A DNA stretch of 64,000 nucleotides. It comes from Octopus sinensis (lineage: Eukaryota). Below, piece by piece: positions 1 through 13,455 of this stretch (position 1 is its first letter; each line of letters begins with the position of its first letter). Both the position numbers and the translations under genes were made by a program. The notes under the pieces were generated by a model, which was not told where the DNA came from, ran no database searches, and was given only the letters and a program-made list of their open reading frames with translations. The stretch is from assembly GCF_006345805.1 (NCBI RefSeq), contig NC_043012.1, positions 52,390,001 to 52,454,000 on the forward strand, written 5' to 3'.

Positions 1-282
1 AAACGGAATCCTCCCCTTAGACCTAGGCCCTTGTGTTTAATGCCTTTCCCCCGCCCCACATCTGGGCTCCTAAGGAAAAAATAAATAGATGGATATATAA
101 CTCAACAGTAACGAAAACAGGCAAACTAATGGACAGAATCGGCTGCATCTTTTTCAATGTACTTTGCTCATTACTGCTTTCCTGGGAATCCGGCACAGAG
201 GACCTATGACTTATACTAAGCTGGCGGGAATACGGCGGGACAGGGTCAACTTTAAATTGTTTCTAATTTTGGTACCAGTTCA

Positions 283-691
283 GGATCTTTTCGGTTTGAA
301 CGGCAGTTTTTCTAGCGGTGTCATATGAAATTATCACCCATAATTATGACCCTAGTATCGATCTATTGCATTTCAATCTGTTTTAGGGTTAGGGTTAGGG
401 TTAGGGTATCTTTTTTTCTTCAGAAATGTAAATAAACCCCATCTGTTTCTTAAACGAGGGACATATTCATACGGCATAGAATATTTTTTTACCTCATTAG
501 ACGTCATTGATTGGTTGAAATTGCAGAAATTGAAGGAAAAAATAACAAATATCTTACAAACTATAGAATTTTCTCAATAAAGCCAAGAGAAAAAGATGTT
601 TTATAAACACATTCTACCAGTATACGAAGTTTAACATTTTTTAGTTACCTAGAAATTATGTTAAAAACTGCCTGTCAAACCGAAAAGATCC
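283..691 (+). mobile_element. Non-autonomous TIR DNA transposon (MITE), Merlin-like (or hAT), copy 1
   Basis: Starts GGATCTTTTCGGTTTGAACGGCAGTTTTT and ends AAAAACTGCCTGTCAAACCGAAAAGATCC (about 29-bp TIR). Exact 8-bp TSD CCAGTTCA at 275-282 and 692-699. Homologous to copies at 23175 and 28383. Superfamily inferred from GG termini plus 8-bp TSD. Confidence 0.92.
383..406 (+). repeat. (TTAGGG)4 telomere-type repeat inside MITE
   Basis: Four perfect TTAGGG units read directly. Confidence 0.95.
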
Positions 692-2236
692 CCAGTTCAT
701 TTTTTAAATTACTCGATACCATCAAACATTGTACTTCAATATTGATTTACGTTATTGACCCACAAATGTTGAAGGCAAAGTTACCTCACTATGATTTGAA
801 CCCAGAATCTAAGGAATTTGAAGAAATTCTATACAACGTCTCATGCATTAATGTTTCTACAAATCCAACACCTTTAACTCAGGTATACATAAAACACTAT
901 AAACGGTGTTGCTCTTCCAAGCTTTACATTAATCGTTACTGTTTTTAATTTACCTGCAAATCGTGAGTTCAAATTAACATGCGTTTCGTTATGCTTATAG
1001 ACAAGATATTTTAATGTTACATTGCTTCACTAAACGTTAATTTCCAGAGAAACGGGGCACAGGTTATATATGCTGTAAATGTTACCTTTCCATAAAGTGA
1101 GGCTGAGTTCAACAAAAGATGGATCTTCGTCATCCACTTAACGCCCCACGAGCAGAGTTAAATACGCGCCATTTTGCGCCCCTTGGCAATTCTGCTGGCA
1201 TTTATGTATCAATACATGTCGTAGAAATAGTTGTTCGTAGGAATAACGCACGCTACGAAAAGAAAATACCTCTAAACATAAGAATCGAAATTGCCGAGAG
1301 CAATTACACTTAATGGAATTTATAACTCTATGAGGAAATATTTTTTCAAAATTACTCTAACGAAATATGTTTATTTTAATGAAGAATTAGTCAGGTATGT
1401 TGTTAAACGTAGACCAACATACAGGTAATTCTTCCCTTAATTGCCCCTCAGCATTTAATATAAAGACAGAATTTATAATTTTCGTTGTTTGTAAAAGTAC
1501 AGCAACTCCCAATTTCATAAACATTTCATTTCAAATATCCAATATAAATCCATATTCAGAAAACGCATCCAGTTATTAAAAAAGAGAAATTTAAAAGATA
1601 GAAATATTTTTTATTTACTTTTGGAATATTTTAGTTGCTTGAAGCATCGCTAGTTACATATAAACAGAAATGGATGTAATAATTTAGAAAAAAAATAATT
1701 TAACATTAAATTATTTTTCCAATGTTTATATTTTTTTGTTTAATTAATGAGCTCATGACGCACAGATAAAATATCTGTGGTTGTTTAGAGGAAAAATTAT
1801 TCGTATTTTCAACCTCATGGTTCATAGTTCGTGTCCTGTCAAACTCGTATTAAGTTGAAGCCCATCAAGCCACTTACCCTTTATTACTTTAAAGAAGTCA
1901 TATGAGGTACAGTATAAGGCAGCAATTGAGCAAGACTCATGGATAACTAACGAGCATTTTTGTAAAAAGAAAGTTGCTGTTTCAAGTTCTTTAAAAAAAA
2001 TGGAGTGAAAGCTTGGAAAATGATGATCTCCACTATGCTCGACAACCTTGCCATCGTACAAGGGGATTAACATTCCACTTGATAATTCAGATACTGAACA
2101 GGTTATGCAGGGAATATTATCCATGAAAAGGGGGAAAACTTCGAAGATCAGATATAAGGTTCTTGAAAGCTACGTACGTAAACTGGTTTCCATTCCTCTC
2201 TATAATTTAGTTACTTCCCATTATATCATTTATGGT

Positions 2237-2486
2237 GGAGACGCGTGGCTTAGTGGTTAGGATTTTAGCAACATGATCGTAAGATTGTGGTTTCGTTCCT
2301 GGACCGGATGACGCGTTGTGTTCTTGAGCAAAACACTTCATTTCACATTGCTCCAGTCCACTCAGCTGGCAAAAATGAGAAACACTGCGATGGACTGGCG
2401 TCCCGTCCAGCTGGGGAACCCATACGCCATTGAAACTAGGAAAGCGGGCTCATGATCCTAGCTAGGCTTTAAAAGGGCGCATTTAT
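2237..2486 (+). mobile_element. tRNA-derived SINE family C (CORE-like body)
   Basis: tRNA-like head with A box (TGGCTTAGTGG) and B-box-like GTTTCGTTCC. Body TTCTTGAGCAAAACACTTCATTTCAC..CCAGTCCACTCAGCTG. Homologous to 7750-8005. Confidence 0.8.
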
Positions 2487-2916
2487 TATTTTTTTATTAT
2501 TTTTTTATGCCTTGAGAAATAGATACTAGATTTACTTTTCACTAACAAGACGATTCATATCGATGATACCTTTGATTGATTATGTGCATACGTGTATCTG
2601 TGTAAAAGTGTGCTTTGTGTGCGTGCGTATATTTGTGTAAATTCGTTCTGTAACTGACTAATCAAAGGTCTGATCACATTGCATTTTGGGCAAAGGACTC
2701 GAACGGATTTTATAGATATTATGAGTAAAGATGGGCAGACAGAAACTATACAGAAACACGAGGATGGGACTGTACCGATAATTTTAACTGTACATTCTTG
2801 TCACACACTGTAATATGCTGGTTTTTCCTAAGGATTATGCTAACAGAAGGCTTCCCCTAACAGTGCTCAACTACTTAAACGTTAACATGAGTCCCACGCA
2901 GCTGAAATTTTATATT

Positions 2917-3351
2917 GCAGAAGTGGCTGTGTGGCAAGTAGCTTCCTTACCAACCACATGGTTCTGGGTTCAGTCCCACTGCGTGGCACCTTGGGCAAGT
3001 GTCTTCTACTATAGCCTCGGGCCGACCAAAGTATAGTGAGTGGATTTGGTAGACGGAAACTGAAGAAGCCCGTCGTATATATGTATATATATATATATGT
3101 GTGCGTGTGTATGTGTGTGTCTGTGTGTGTGTGTGTGTGTGTGTATGTTTGTGCGTCTGTGTTTGTCCAGCCAACATCGCTTGGCAACCGATGTTGGTGT
3201 GTTTACGTCCCCGTAACTTCGGGGATAAGAGACCGACAGAATAAGCACTAGGCTTACAAATAATAAGTCCTGGGGTCGATTTGCTCGACTAAAAGAGCTA
3301 CTCCAGCATGGGCGCAGTCAAATAACTGAAACAATTAAAAGAGTAAAGAGT
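2917..3351 (+). mobile_element. tRNA-derived CORE-type SINE family A
   Basis: Head GTGGCTGTGTGG..GGGTTCAGTCCC, CORE-like ACCTTGGGCAAGTGTCTT, internal (TA)n(TG)n, tail CAGTCAAATAACTGAAAC..AAAAGAGTAAAGAG. About 11 copies in window. Confidence 0.9.
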
Positions 3352-5010
3352 AACTGTACACCCTTTTCACACACTGTAATATGCTGATTCTACCCAAGAA
3401 TTATGCTAACAGAACGCTTCCCCTAATAGTGCTCAACTACTTAAACGTTAACAACAAACTAACCTGAGAAGTCATTCTTAGCGACAAAATATATAAAAAC
3501 TTCCCCCAAATCATACGAATTTGTCATTCTTATAATATTTGCTCACGTGAAACAGCTGGCAAAGAGTGGAAGAGTAGAGGAGTGGGCAGCAGCGTGTTCT
3601 ATTTAGTTATAAATCTGGTTGCTTTACTGCGAGTTTCTTTAGATTTCTTATAAAGTTAATCGAAGGCAGAAATAAGATGGTTTTGACTTTTATCGATGCA
3701 GGCAAATTTGATGTTGTCTTTTTGAAAGCCAACCATAAAATTCGTTTCTTTTCTCTAGTCACACAAGTTTAATATAACATTTCTAGTCATATCCACCATA
3801 ATAATTCGGACCTTTATAGTGACATATATGTATCTATGCATTGAAGCGTGTATACCATTATGTACACCATATATATATATATATATTATGTATATAAGCA
3901 TATAAATATATATGATTATACAAATATACACCTATATATGCATATATACATACATATATATATATAAATACATATATATACATATATAATTTATATGCGT
4001 GTCTGTATGTGAGTGAGCATATTTGTATAATTATACATATATACATGCATATATATAAATATATATATATGTATAAATATACATAATGTATATATACTCA
4101 TACATATATATATATATATGGTGTATATACATGTTTATATGCATATGTGTCTGTATATAGATACATTTATATATATCTATGTATAAATAGATTTATATAT
4201 GTATATATATATGTACACACATTTATACATATATATATCTGTATATATACATACTTACACACACACACACATACACACACATATAGTATACACGGAAACT
4301 CTCCTTTGTTGCCCGGTCTTTGCCATTGGTCCAAGGAGTGTGTAGGAGAAACTCTGAGTATTGACTCATACACACTGGCAATTCAATATAGTTATTTCAC
4401 TAAGAAGAATGCTATTAAGTACTTTTATCACTTTTACAAACGAACATATGCATAGACAAACATATACACACACACACACTTATTCACATACATATACATA
4501 AATGAGTGTATTTTGTGTGTTTGAATATATACATGTATATTGTGTGTGTGGGTGTGTGCTTACGTGTGTCTCCACGTGCGCACGTGTGTGTGTGTGTTTA
4601 CATATACGTATATACAAATATATACCAGAAGACAATTGTATGTATATAAGAATATTTCTATGTAATTGTGTGGGACGGGTTTGTGGATATGTTTTCGTGA
4701 AGTTGTATTTGTAGTGTTGATGCTTGTGTGCCTGTCCGTGTCCGCGTATGTGTGTATGTGTGCACGCAAGGAAACATGACCACGCGTGAGTGTATTTAAG
4801 AATCACTTCAGAGAGGATCTATAAAAACATAGCATTAAGTGTTTGCCGTCCATAACTTTAATAGATGTCCGAAATGAATGAAAGAAGATACATAAAGTTA
4901 GTTCATAGAATCACATACAAAACATGATCACACACGCACAGGAAACTTTAATGCATTACTTCATATATACACCCACACAAACACACACACGCACATATAT
5001 ATATATATAC

Positions 5011-5055
<45 letters not shown>

Positions 5056-5875
5056 TACATACATATATATATCCAAACGTACATATAATATATATATGTA
5101 TATATATATACACATATATATGCATACGTACATATTATATATATATATATACGTATATATATATATATATATATAATATATATATATATATATACATATA
5201 TAAATGCATACATACATATACATATATGCTATATATATGTATATGCTATATATATATATATATATAGTACACACACACTCATACACACACACACATATAT
5301 ATATATATTATATATAATAAACACACACTCACACACACGCATGTATATATATATATACTATACATGATGTATATGATATATATATATATATGATATATAT
5401 GCTCTGGATATATATAGAGAGATGGATACATGCATAGATAAATAGATAGCTAGACAGACAGTCGGATAGATAGATAGATAAACATATATACAGGCACATG
5501 TCTTCTTGTTTATCTGTATGTATGTATGTATGTATGCATGCATGTATGTATGTTTATATAGGTTCATTTAATAACATGATCAGACAGATATTCACATAAA
5601 ATATATAGAGCAAAAGTGACACATACACCAATTTACATCTGCGGATAACTGCTTATAAACATATTCATTCATTCTCACATTCATAAGTATTAAAAGCAGA
5701 CAAATGACTCCACATGTCTATTGAAAAGCTCTGAACGTTGGGCTCTGAGAAATTCATACACATATTCATGCGCGTCATATGCAAATATGTGCTTGTACAC
5801 TCATTAAATTCATACATACACACACAAGATTTTACACGGTCATATAGTTACAACTTCACACACATATATTTATTC

Positions 5876-5926
<51 letters not shown>

Positions 5927-5943
5927 GTGTGTGTATGTATGCG

Positions 5944-5997
<54 letters not shown>

Positions 5998-6193
5998 TAT
6001 ATAATATATATACATATACACGCACACACACATGAATATGTGCGTATATTCTGTTTGAGAATTGATATATGAATGTGAAAATGTTGGTATATTATCGTGT
6101 ACGCAAATATACATGTCTGAACATGTGTGCGGATATGTGAATATACATGTGGACACACACACACGCACAGCCACACACACGCATATATTTATG

Positions 6194-6238
<45 letters not shown>

Positions 6239-6274
6239 TATATGATATACACACACATATATATGTATATATAT

Positions 6275-6312
<38 letters not shown>

Positions 6313-6313
6313 A

Positions 6314-6371
<58 letters not shown>

Positions 6372-7294
6372 AAGGCATGAATAAAAGAAGCACGCAGGCA
6401 CATAACATCACATACACATCAACATATGCATATCGTACTCGCCTACAACAACTCACTTTATACACAGGTGTAATGTGGCTTTGAGAATCTAAAACCGATG
6501 CTTCAGTGAGCCGGTATGAACATCCTCTACTGACCATTTTCTTCACCTTTCATTTTGACTCTTCACTTCAACTTTCAAGAAAATATTGCTTTTCCAAACA
6601 ACCATAAATACAGAAGAACAGAAATATAATAGACCTTTTGCATCTGATGTCTGTTTTGATGGTAGCTGACCCTTCAGATCAGCTTATCTGCTAGCCATTC
6701 AACATTTATGCTTTCGCATTAAAAACAGTTTCATGACGACATATATAATACGTACCGTACAGCTCACTGTTCAACTCATCGCGGCAGAGAAATACTAAAA
6801 CCGACATATTGTTCAGCTTAGCATTAAGCTATCATAGATTTGATTGTTCTTCTGTTTTCTCTGTGTTGGTTCGTTCTATTATAGCTACTACTGTAACACT
6901 AACATCTTTGCTACACCAAATGCCATTCAGTAATGGCTATAGATGTTTGTTATCGTACAATACATTTTCTTCTCTGTATATATACATATAAATACTTTTG
7001 CCGACACCGAAAACACGCAACCACATTCTATATGTACGTGTATGTGAGTGCGTGTGTACCTGTGTGCCTGAGTGCCTGTGTTATGTGTATGTGAGCTAGC
7101 ACTTGACTGTGGGTGTCTGAGAAAGAGGAGGAGGGGGAGGAGAAAGAGACAGAGATAAAGAGAGAAAGACATCGAAATAATGGCAGAGACAGAGAGATAC
7201 TTCATCCAGGTCAACATATGCTGGTATTAGCGGTTTGGTTTTCTGCAAAACCTCATTTTTCGTTGTCACTAGCAAAACAAATTTTACCCCATCC

Positions 7295-7682
7295 TACTCT
7301 TATACTTGTTTCAGTCATTTGACTGTGGACATGCTGCAGCACCGCCTTTTTAGTCGAGCAAATCGACCCCAATACTTATTCTTTGTAAGTCTAGTACTTA
7401 TTCTATCGGTCTATTTTGCCAAACCGCTAAGTAAGGGGAACTGGAAATAAACACAGACACACAAATATATACACGCACCTACACATAGAAATAAATAAAT
7501 ATATATATATACATATATACGAAAGGCTTCTTTCACTTTCCGTCTACCAAATCCACTCACAAGTCTTTAGTCGGCTCGAGGCTATAATGAAGACAGTTGA
7601 TGAAGGTGCCACGCAGTGGAACTGAACCCAGAACCATGTGGTTGGTAAGCAAGCTACTTACCGCACAGCCACTCCTACGCCT
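7295..7682 (-). mobile_element. SINE family A
   Basis: Reverse complement of the family A head, CORE-like segment, internal microsatellite and tail. Confidence 0.88.
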
Positions 7683-7749
7683 AGCATAAATTCGAACAGC
7701 AGCTATTAAGTTCTCGATTTCTTCACATTGTATATAGATTAATTGCTGT

Positions 7750-8005
7750 GGAGGCGCGTAGCTTAATGGTTGGGATGTTGGACTCATAATTGTCAGATTG
7801 TGGTTACGATTCCTGGACCGGGCGATGCGTTGTGTTCTTGAGCAAAACATTTCCTTTCACGTTGATCCAGTCCAGCCAGATGGCAAAAGTGAGTAAACCT
7901 GCGACGGACCGGTGTCCCGTCCATGTGGGGAATTTACACGGTATGAAACCGGGAAACGGCCCTTATGAGTCGGCAAGACTCGAGAAGATAAATTTACTTT
8001 TACTT
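7750..8005 (+). mobile_element. SINE family C
   Basis: Homologous to 2237-2486, with TTTAC-repeat tail. Confidence 0.8.
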
Positions 8006-8644
8006 TTTTTTGTTATTGTACATTTCTAATATATACAAGGTCAAGGGGTAATAAAGTGGTCTGCTCTAAGCAGTGTACCAATTTAAGCGTCAGCCAGGCC
8101 TGCTCGAGGTGGAGACAGAGTGAAAAATCTTCGGCCGACTCCTTCAAGATCACACCGCCGCCCTTCCTTGGCCGGGAAATGCAGGCAGTTTCCCTCTGTC
8201 TGATGATTATGACGAAAGATGTTGTGTGATACACGAAACTAAAAGTATTGAAGCAATTATTTTCTTCTTCAGCCAAGCCCTCTTCGACTTAAATTTCTAT
8301 TGAAAAGGAAGGTGAGTGAAGTCGGGCGGGTTTTGGCCCTGAGTAACTTTATTGCAAATGGATGAATCCGTGTAATAGGGTTTACTTTAAGTTGGTGCCT
8401 ACAGAATAGAGAAAATGCAAGAGAAAATGTGCCTTCCTGTAATGCCTTAGACAGTGTGGTGATCGAGGATCGGCGGTGTTCTTTCTTACTCCTGGGTGGT
8501 ATCTCTTACAGAGAATTTTGTTAACAATGTTCTAGTTAATTTTTTTTTTTGTTTTTGAAGTGTTTATGTAAATCCCCACAGTCATTTCTCTTTGTATTCC
8601 CCTAAATGAATTTTTGTGCCCTTCTGACAAATGTAGAAATTATT

Positions 8645-8648
8645 GTTG

Positions 8649-8713
<65 letters not shown>

Positions 8714-8748
8714 TACTATTATTATTATTATTATTACTATTACTATTA

Positions 8749-8790
<42 letters not shown>
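8645..8790 (+). repeat. (ATT)n microsatellite with ACT variants
   Basis: Read directly. Explains poly-Y/L/I ORFs. Confidence 0.97.
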
Positions 8791-9513
8791 GAGCGTTTAA
8801 AATTGTGAAATATATTAGGATTTGTCTAATTAAATTTAAGGCATTAAATGTACACTTTTTTAATATTAGCCAAGAATATCAGAATAAATAAACATATACC
8901 GAAATAAGAAAGATAAAAAGTATAAATTTTGGCTACCTTTTAAAAATATTTCGATTGAAAGAATCAAACAGCTTCAGGTCAATTCAGTGCGATAGTTAAA
9001 AATAATATACTAACTATATTAGAGAAAATATCCAATATACGTATATGTATGTGTGTATGAGTGTGTGCGTGTGTGTGTATGTGAGCAATTGTGTTTGAGC
9101 ACGCGTGTGTGCGTGCATGAGTGTTTGTGCTTGTATGCATGTGCGTTTATGTGTGTATCTATGAGCCTTGGGAATGAAATATTTTTGAATAAGTTAGTGT
9201 AATTACCATATAAGTTTATAGAAACAGAAGTTCAAAGAAACTCGATTTCCAAGTAACAGAAAAAAGATGGTTGGGGTAGGTTATAATATGTGACTGTTTA
9301 ATATTGCTTTTAAATTTTGTCACAAAGTAAGTAACGTTGGTGCAGAGTTAAGTCGATTACATTGATCCCAGTGATTGACTGGTATTTACTTTATCACCCT
9401 CAGTGTTCAACCGGCACTTACTTAATCAACACCAGTGTTCAAATGGTACATCGACCTCCAAAAGATGAATATCAAAGTCGATCAAGACGGATTTTGAAAT
9501 TAGAATGTACACA

Positions 9514-9948
9514 AGGCGTTGGAGTGGCTGTGTGGTAAGTAGCTTGTTTACCAACCACACGGTTCCGGGTTCAGTCCCACTGCGAGGCACCTTCGGCAAG
9601 TGTCTTCTATTATAGCCTCGGGCTAACCAAAGCCTTGTGAGTGGATTTGATAGACGGAAACTGAAAGAAGCCCGTCGTATATATGTATATATATATATAA
9701 ATATATATATATGTATGTATGTATGTGTGTGTGTATATTTGTGTGTCTGTGTTTGTCCCCCCAACATCGCTTGACAACCGATGCTGATGTGTTTACGTCC
9801 TAGTAACCTAGCGGTTCGGCAAAAGAAACCGATAGAATAAGTACTAGGCTTACAAAGAATAAGTTCTGGGGTCGATTTCGACTAAAGGCGGTGCTCCAGC
9901 ATGGCCACAGTCAAATGACTGAAACAAGTAAAAAAGTAAAGAGTAAAA
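9514..9948 (+). mobile_element. SINE family A (near full length)
   Basis: Complete head-CORE-microsatellite-tail. 3' end GGCGGTGCTCCAGCATGGCCACAGTCAAATGACTGAAACAAG at 9887-9928. Confidence 0.92.
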
Positions 9949-10221
9949 CGCATTACCCTCTTCTGTAGCTGTGCTCACCGCTTTAAATGACTACTTAATA
10001 CTGATTTCAAATTTTGGAACAAGGCCAGCAATTTTGAGAAGGTGTTACTTGTTTTATCGACTCCGAAAGGATGAAAGTCAAGACCTTGGAGGAATTGAAC
10101 TCAGAACGTAAAAATTGAGAAAATTATTTTTAAGCACGATGTCCTGCGTGCTAACAATTCTGAAGCTCAAAGCCTTTAATTACTTGATATTGAAAAGAGT
10201 TCTTGGTAAGATTTTTCTTAA

Positions 10222-10401
10222 GGTGTAGCTGTGTAATAAGAAGTTAGTTTTCCCAAGATTCAGTCCTGTTGCTAGGTACCTTGAGAAAATATACCCTGAT
10301 CGACCAGAGTCTAGTGACTGTATATTCTTGGAGGGAAACCGAAAAAAAAAAACAACTCGTCGTGTCTGTGCATATATACATACATATATATATATATATA
10401 T

Positions 10402-10433
<32 letters not shown>

Positions 10434-10450
10434 ATATATAATATATATAT
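10222..10450 (+). mobile_element. Degraded SINE family A 5' half ending in (TA)n
   Basis: Diverged match to head/CORE (GTGTAGCTGTGT..TTCAGTCC..GGTACCTTGAGAAA..CTCGTCGT) followed by TA tract. Confidence 0.6.
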
Positions 10451-13260
10451 ATAATTAATCAATATAGGGTGGTCAAAAAAAATTTTGTAGAATTCTTTTT
10501 GCCACCAGCGGCCTAGTGGGAAAAAATTAAATAGTCGTAGACCATTTTTAAGTTCAACATCAACAATCAAGAAACGGCCAAAGCTTCAACCGCAAATAAA
10601 GATCAATTCCGTAAACAGGAGAAAATTTAAAAAACATTTACCCTGTAATTTCTTGTACGATGCACCGTTTCGTCTGCTGTTTAATGGTAAACTAACCTGA
10701 TTAATTAAATCAAGCCAATCTTCCATAGGCCCTCAGATTCTTCAGCAAGAAATAGCCAAGTCGGAACAGATATTTTCACGAGGCATTTCCGACCCTGCCA
10801 AGGCAATATCTGACCTAAAATTTTCAAATCGTCGCACTCGCGCCAAATTTATCGGCAGCAAATAAATATAAGCCGTCGATTCCATTACGGAATTAACCAG
10901 AAAATTCATAATTAATCAATATAGGGTGGTGAAAAAAATTTTGTAGAATTCTTTTTGCCACCAGCGGCCTAGTGGGAAAAAATTAAATAGTCGTAGACCA
11001 TTTTTAAGTTCAACATCAACAATCAAGGAACGGCCATAATAGGCCATTCACCCACTAGAAATAACAGCCAAAGCTGAAGAATCTGAGGGCCTATGGAAGA
11101 TTGGCTTGATTTAATTTAATCAGGTTAGTTTACCATTAAACAGCAGACGAAACGGTGCATCGTACAAGAAATTACAGGGTAAATGTTTTTTAAATTTTCT
11201 CCTGTTTACGGAATTGATCTATATTTGCGGTTGAAGCTTTGGCTATTATTTCTAGTGGGTGAATGGCCTATTATGGCCGTTCCTTGATTGTTGATGCTGA
11301 ACTTAAAAATGGTCTACGACTATTTAATTTTTTCCCACTAGGCCGCTGGTGGCAAAAAGAATTCTACAAAATTTTTTTTCACCACCCTATATTGATTAAT
11401 TATGAATTTTCTGGTTAATTCCGTAATGGAATCGACGGCTTATATTTATTTGCTGCCGATAAATTTGGCGCGAGTGCGACGATTTGAAAATTTTAGGTCA
11501 GATATTGCCTTGGCAGGGTCGGAAATGCCTCGTGAAAATATCTGTTCCGACTTGGCTATTTCTTGCTGAAGAATCTGAGGGCCTATGGAAGATTGGCTTG
11601 ATTTAATTTAATCAGGTTAGTTTACCATTAAACAGCAGACGAAACGGTGCATCGTACAAGAAATTACAGGGTAAATGTTTTTTAAAATTTTCTCCTGTTT
11701 ACGGAATTGATCTTTATTTGCGGTTGAAGCTTTGGCTGTTATTTCTAGTGGGTGAATGGCCTATTATGGCCGTTCCTTGATTGTTGATGTTGAACTTAAA
11801 AATGGTCTACGACTATTTAATTTTTTCCCACTAGGCCGCTGGTGGCAAAAAGAATTCTACAAAATTTTTTTTCACCACCCTATATTGATTAATTATGAAT
11901 TTTCTGGTTAATTCCGTAATGGAATCGACGGCTTATATTTATTTGCTGCCGATAAATTTGGCGCGAGTGCGACGATTTGAAAATTTTAGGTCAGATATTG
12001 CCTTGGCAGGGTCGGAAATGCCTCGTGAAAATATCTGTTCCGACTTGGCTATTTCTTGCTGAAGAATCTGAGGGCCTATGGAAGATTGGCTTGATTTAAT
12101 TTAATCAGGTTAGTTTACCATTAAACAGCAGACGAAACGGTGCATCGTACAAGAAATTACAGGGTAAATGTTTTTTTAAATTTTCTCCTGTTTACGGAAT
12201 TGATCTTTATTTGCGGTTGAAGCTTTGGCTGTTATTCTAGTGGGTGAATGGCCTATTATGGCCGTTCCTTGATTGTTGATGTTGAACTTAAAAATGGTCT
12301 ACGACTATTTAATTTTTTCCCACTAGGCCGCTGGTGGCAAAAAGAATTCTACAAAATTTTTTTTCACCACCCTATATTGATTAATTATGAATTTTCTGGT
12401 TAATTCCGTAATGGAATCGACGGCTTATATTTATTTGCTGCCGATAAATTTGGCGCGAGTGCGACGATTTGAAAATTTTAGGTCAGATATTGCCTTGGCA
12501 GGGTCGGAAATGCCTCGTGAAAATATCTGTTCCGACTTGGCTATTTCTTGCTGAAGAATCTGAGGGCCTATGGAAGATGGCTTGATTTAATTTAATCAGG
12601 TTAGTTTACCATTAAACAGCAGACGAAACGGTGCATCGTACAAGAAATTACAGGGTAAATGTTTTTTAAATTTTCTCCTGTTTACGGAATTGATCTTTAT
12701 TTGCGGTTGAAGCTTTGGCTGTTATTTCTAGTGGGTGAATGGCCTATTATGGCCGTTCCTTGATTGTGATGTTGAACTTAAAAATGGTCTACGACTATTT
12801 AATTTTTTCCCACTAGGCCGCTGGTGGCAAAAAGAATTCTACAAAATTTTTTTTCACCACCCTATATTGATTAATTATGAATTTTCTGGTTAATTCCGTA
12901 ATGGAATCGACGGCTTATATTTATTTGCTGCCGATAAATTTGGCGCGAGTGCGACGATTTGAAAATTTTAGGTCAGATATTGCCTTGGCAGGGTCGGAAA
13001 TGCCTCGTGAAAATATCTGTTCCGACTTGGCTATTTCTTGCTGAAGAATCTGAGGGCCTATGGAAGATTGGCTTGATTTAATTTAATCAGGTTAGTTTAC
13101 CATTAAACAGCAGACGAAACGGTGCATCGTACAAGAAATTACAGGGTAAATGTTTTTTAAATTTTCTCCTGTTTACGGAATTGATCTTTATTTGCGGTTG
13201 AAGCTTTGGCTGTTATTTCTAGTGGGTGAATGGCCTATTATGGCCGTTCCTTGATTGTTG

Positions 13261-13262
<2 letters not shown>
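10451..13262. repeat. Tandem array of a ~492-bp unit: ~1.3 units in minus orientation, then ~4.4 units in plus orientation
   Basis: Landmark ATCTGAGGGC recurs at 11081, 11573, 12066, 12558 and 13048. Segment 10451-11075 is the reverse complement of the same unit. Both ends run into (TA)n. Confidence 0.97.
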
Positions 13263-13331
<69 letters not shown>

Positions 13332-13334
13332 ATA

Positions 13335-13404
<70 letters not shown>

Positions 13405-13420
13405 ACATATGTATATATAT

Positions 13421-13455
<35 letters not shown>

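Noticed and set aside
2048-2260. DTEQVMQGILSMKRGKT resembling a LINE RT N-terminal motif
   Set aside because: Short, lacks the PGPD continuation, and has no supporting flanking motifs.
3858-6546. Long ORFs rich in YI/IY/CV/HT (also at 13230, 34656-35280, 39740-41337, 52705-53964, 62391-63980 and elsewhere)
   Set aside because: Translations of (AT)n, (GT)n, (CATA)n and (GATA)n microsatellites, which lack stops in several frames.
8200-8217. CTGATGA..GAAA as a hammerhead or C-box
   Set aside because: Only 7 non-pairing nt between CUGAUGA and GAAA (no stem II), and no convincing D box or terminal stem.
10451-13262. 492-bp array as CRISPR, snRNA/SL-RNA cluster or coding repeat
   Set aside because: No repeat-spacer structure and eukaryotic context. 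Sm-like AATTTTCTGG is too weak alone, no recognisable RNA gene, and the frames close within each unit.
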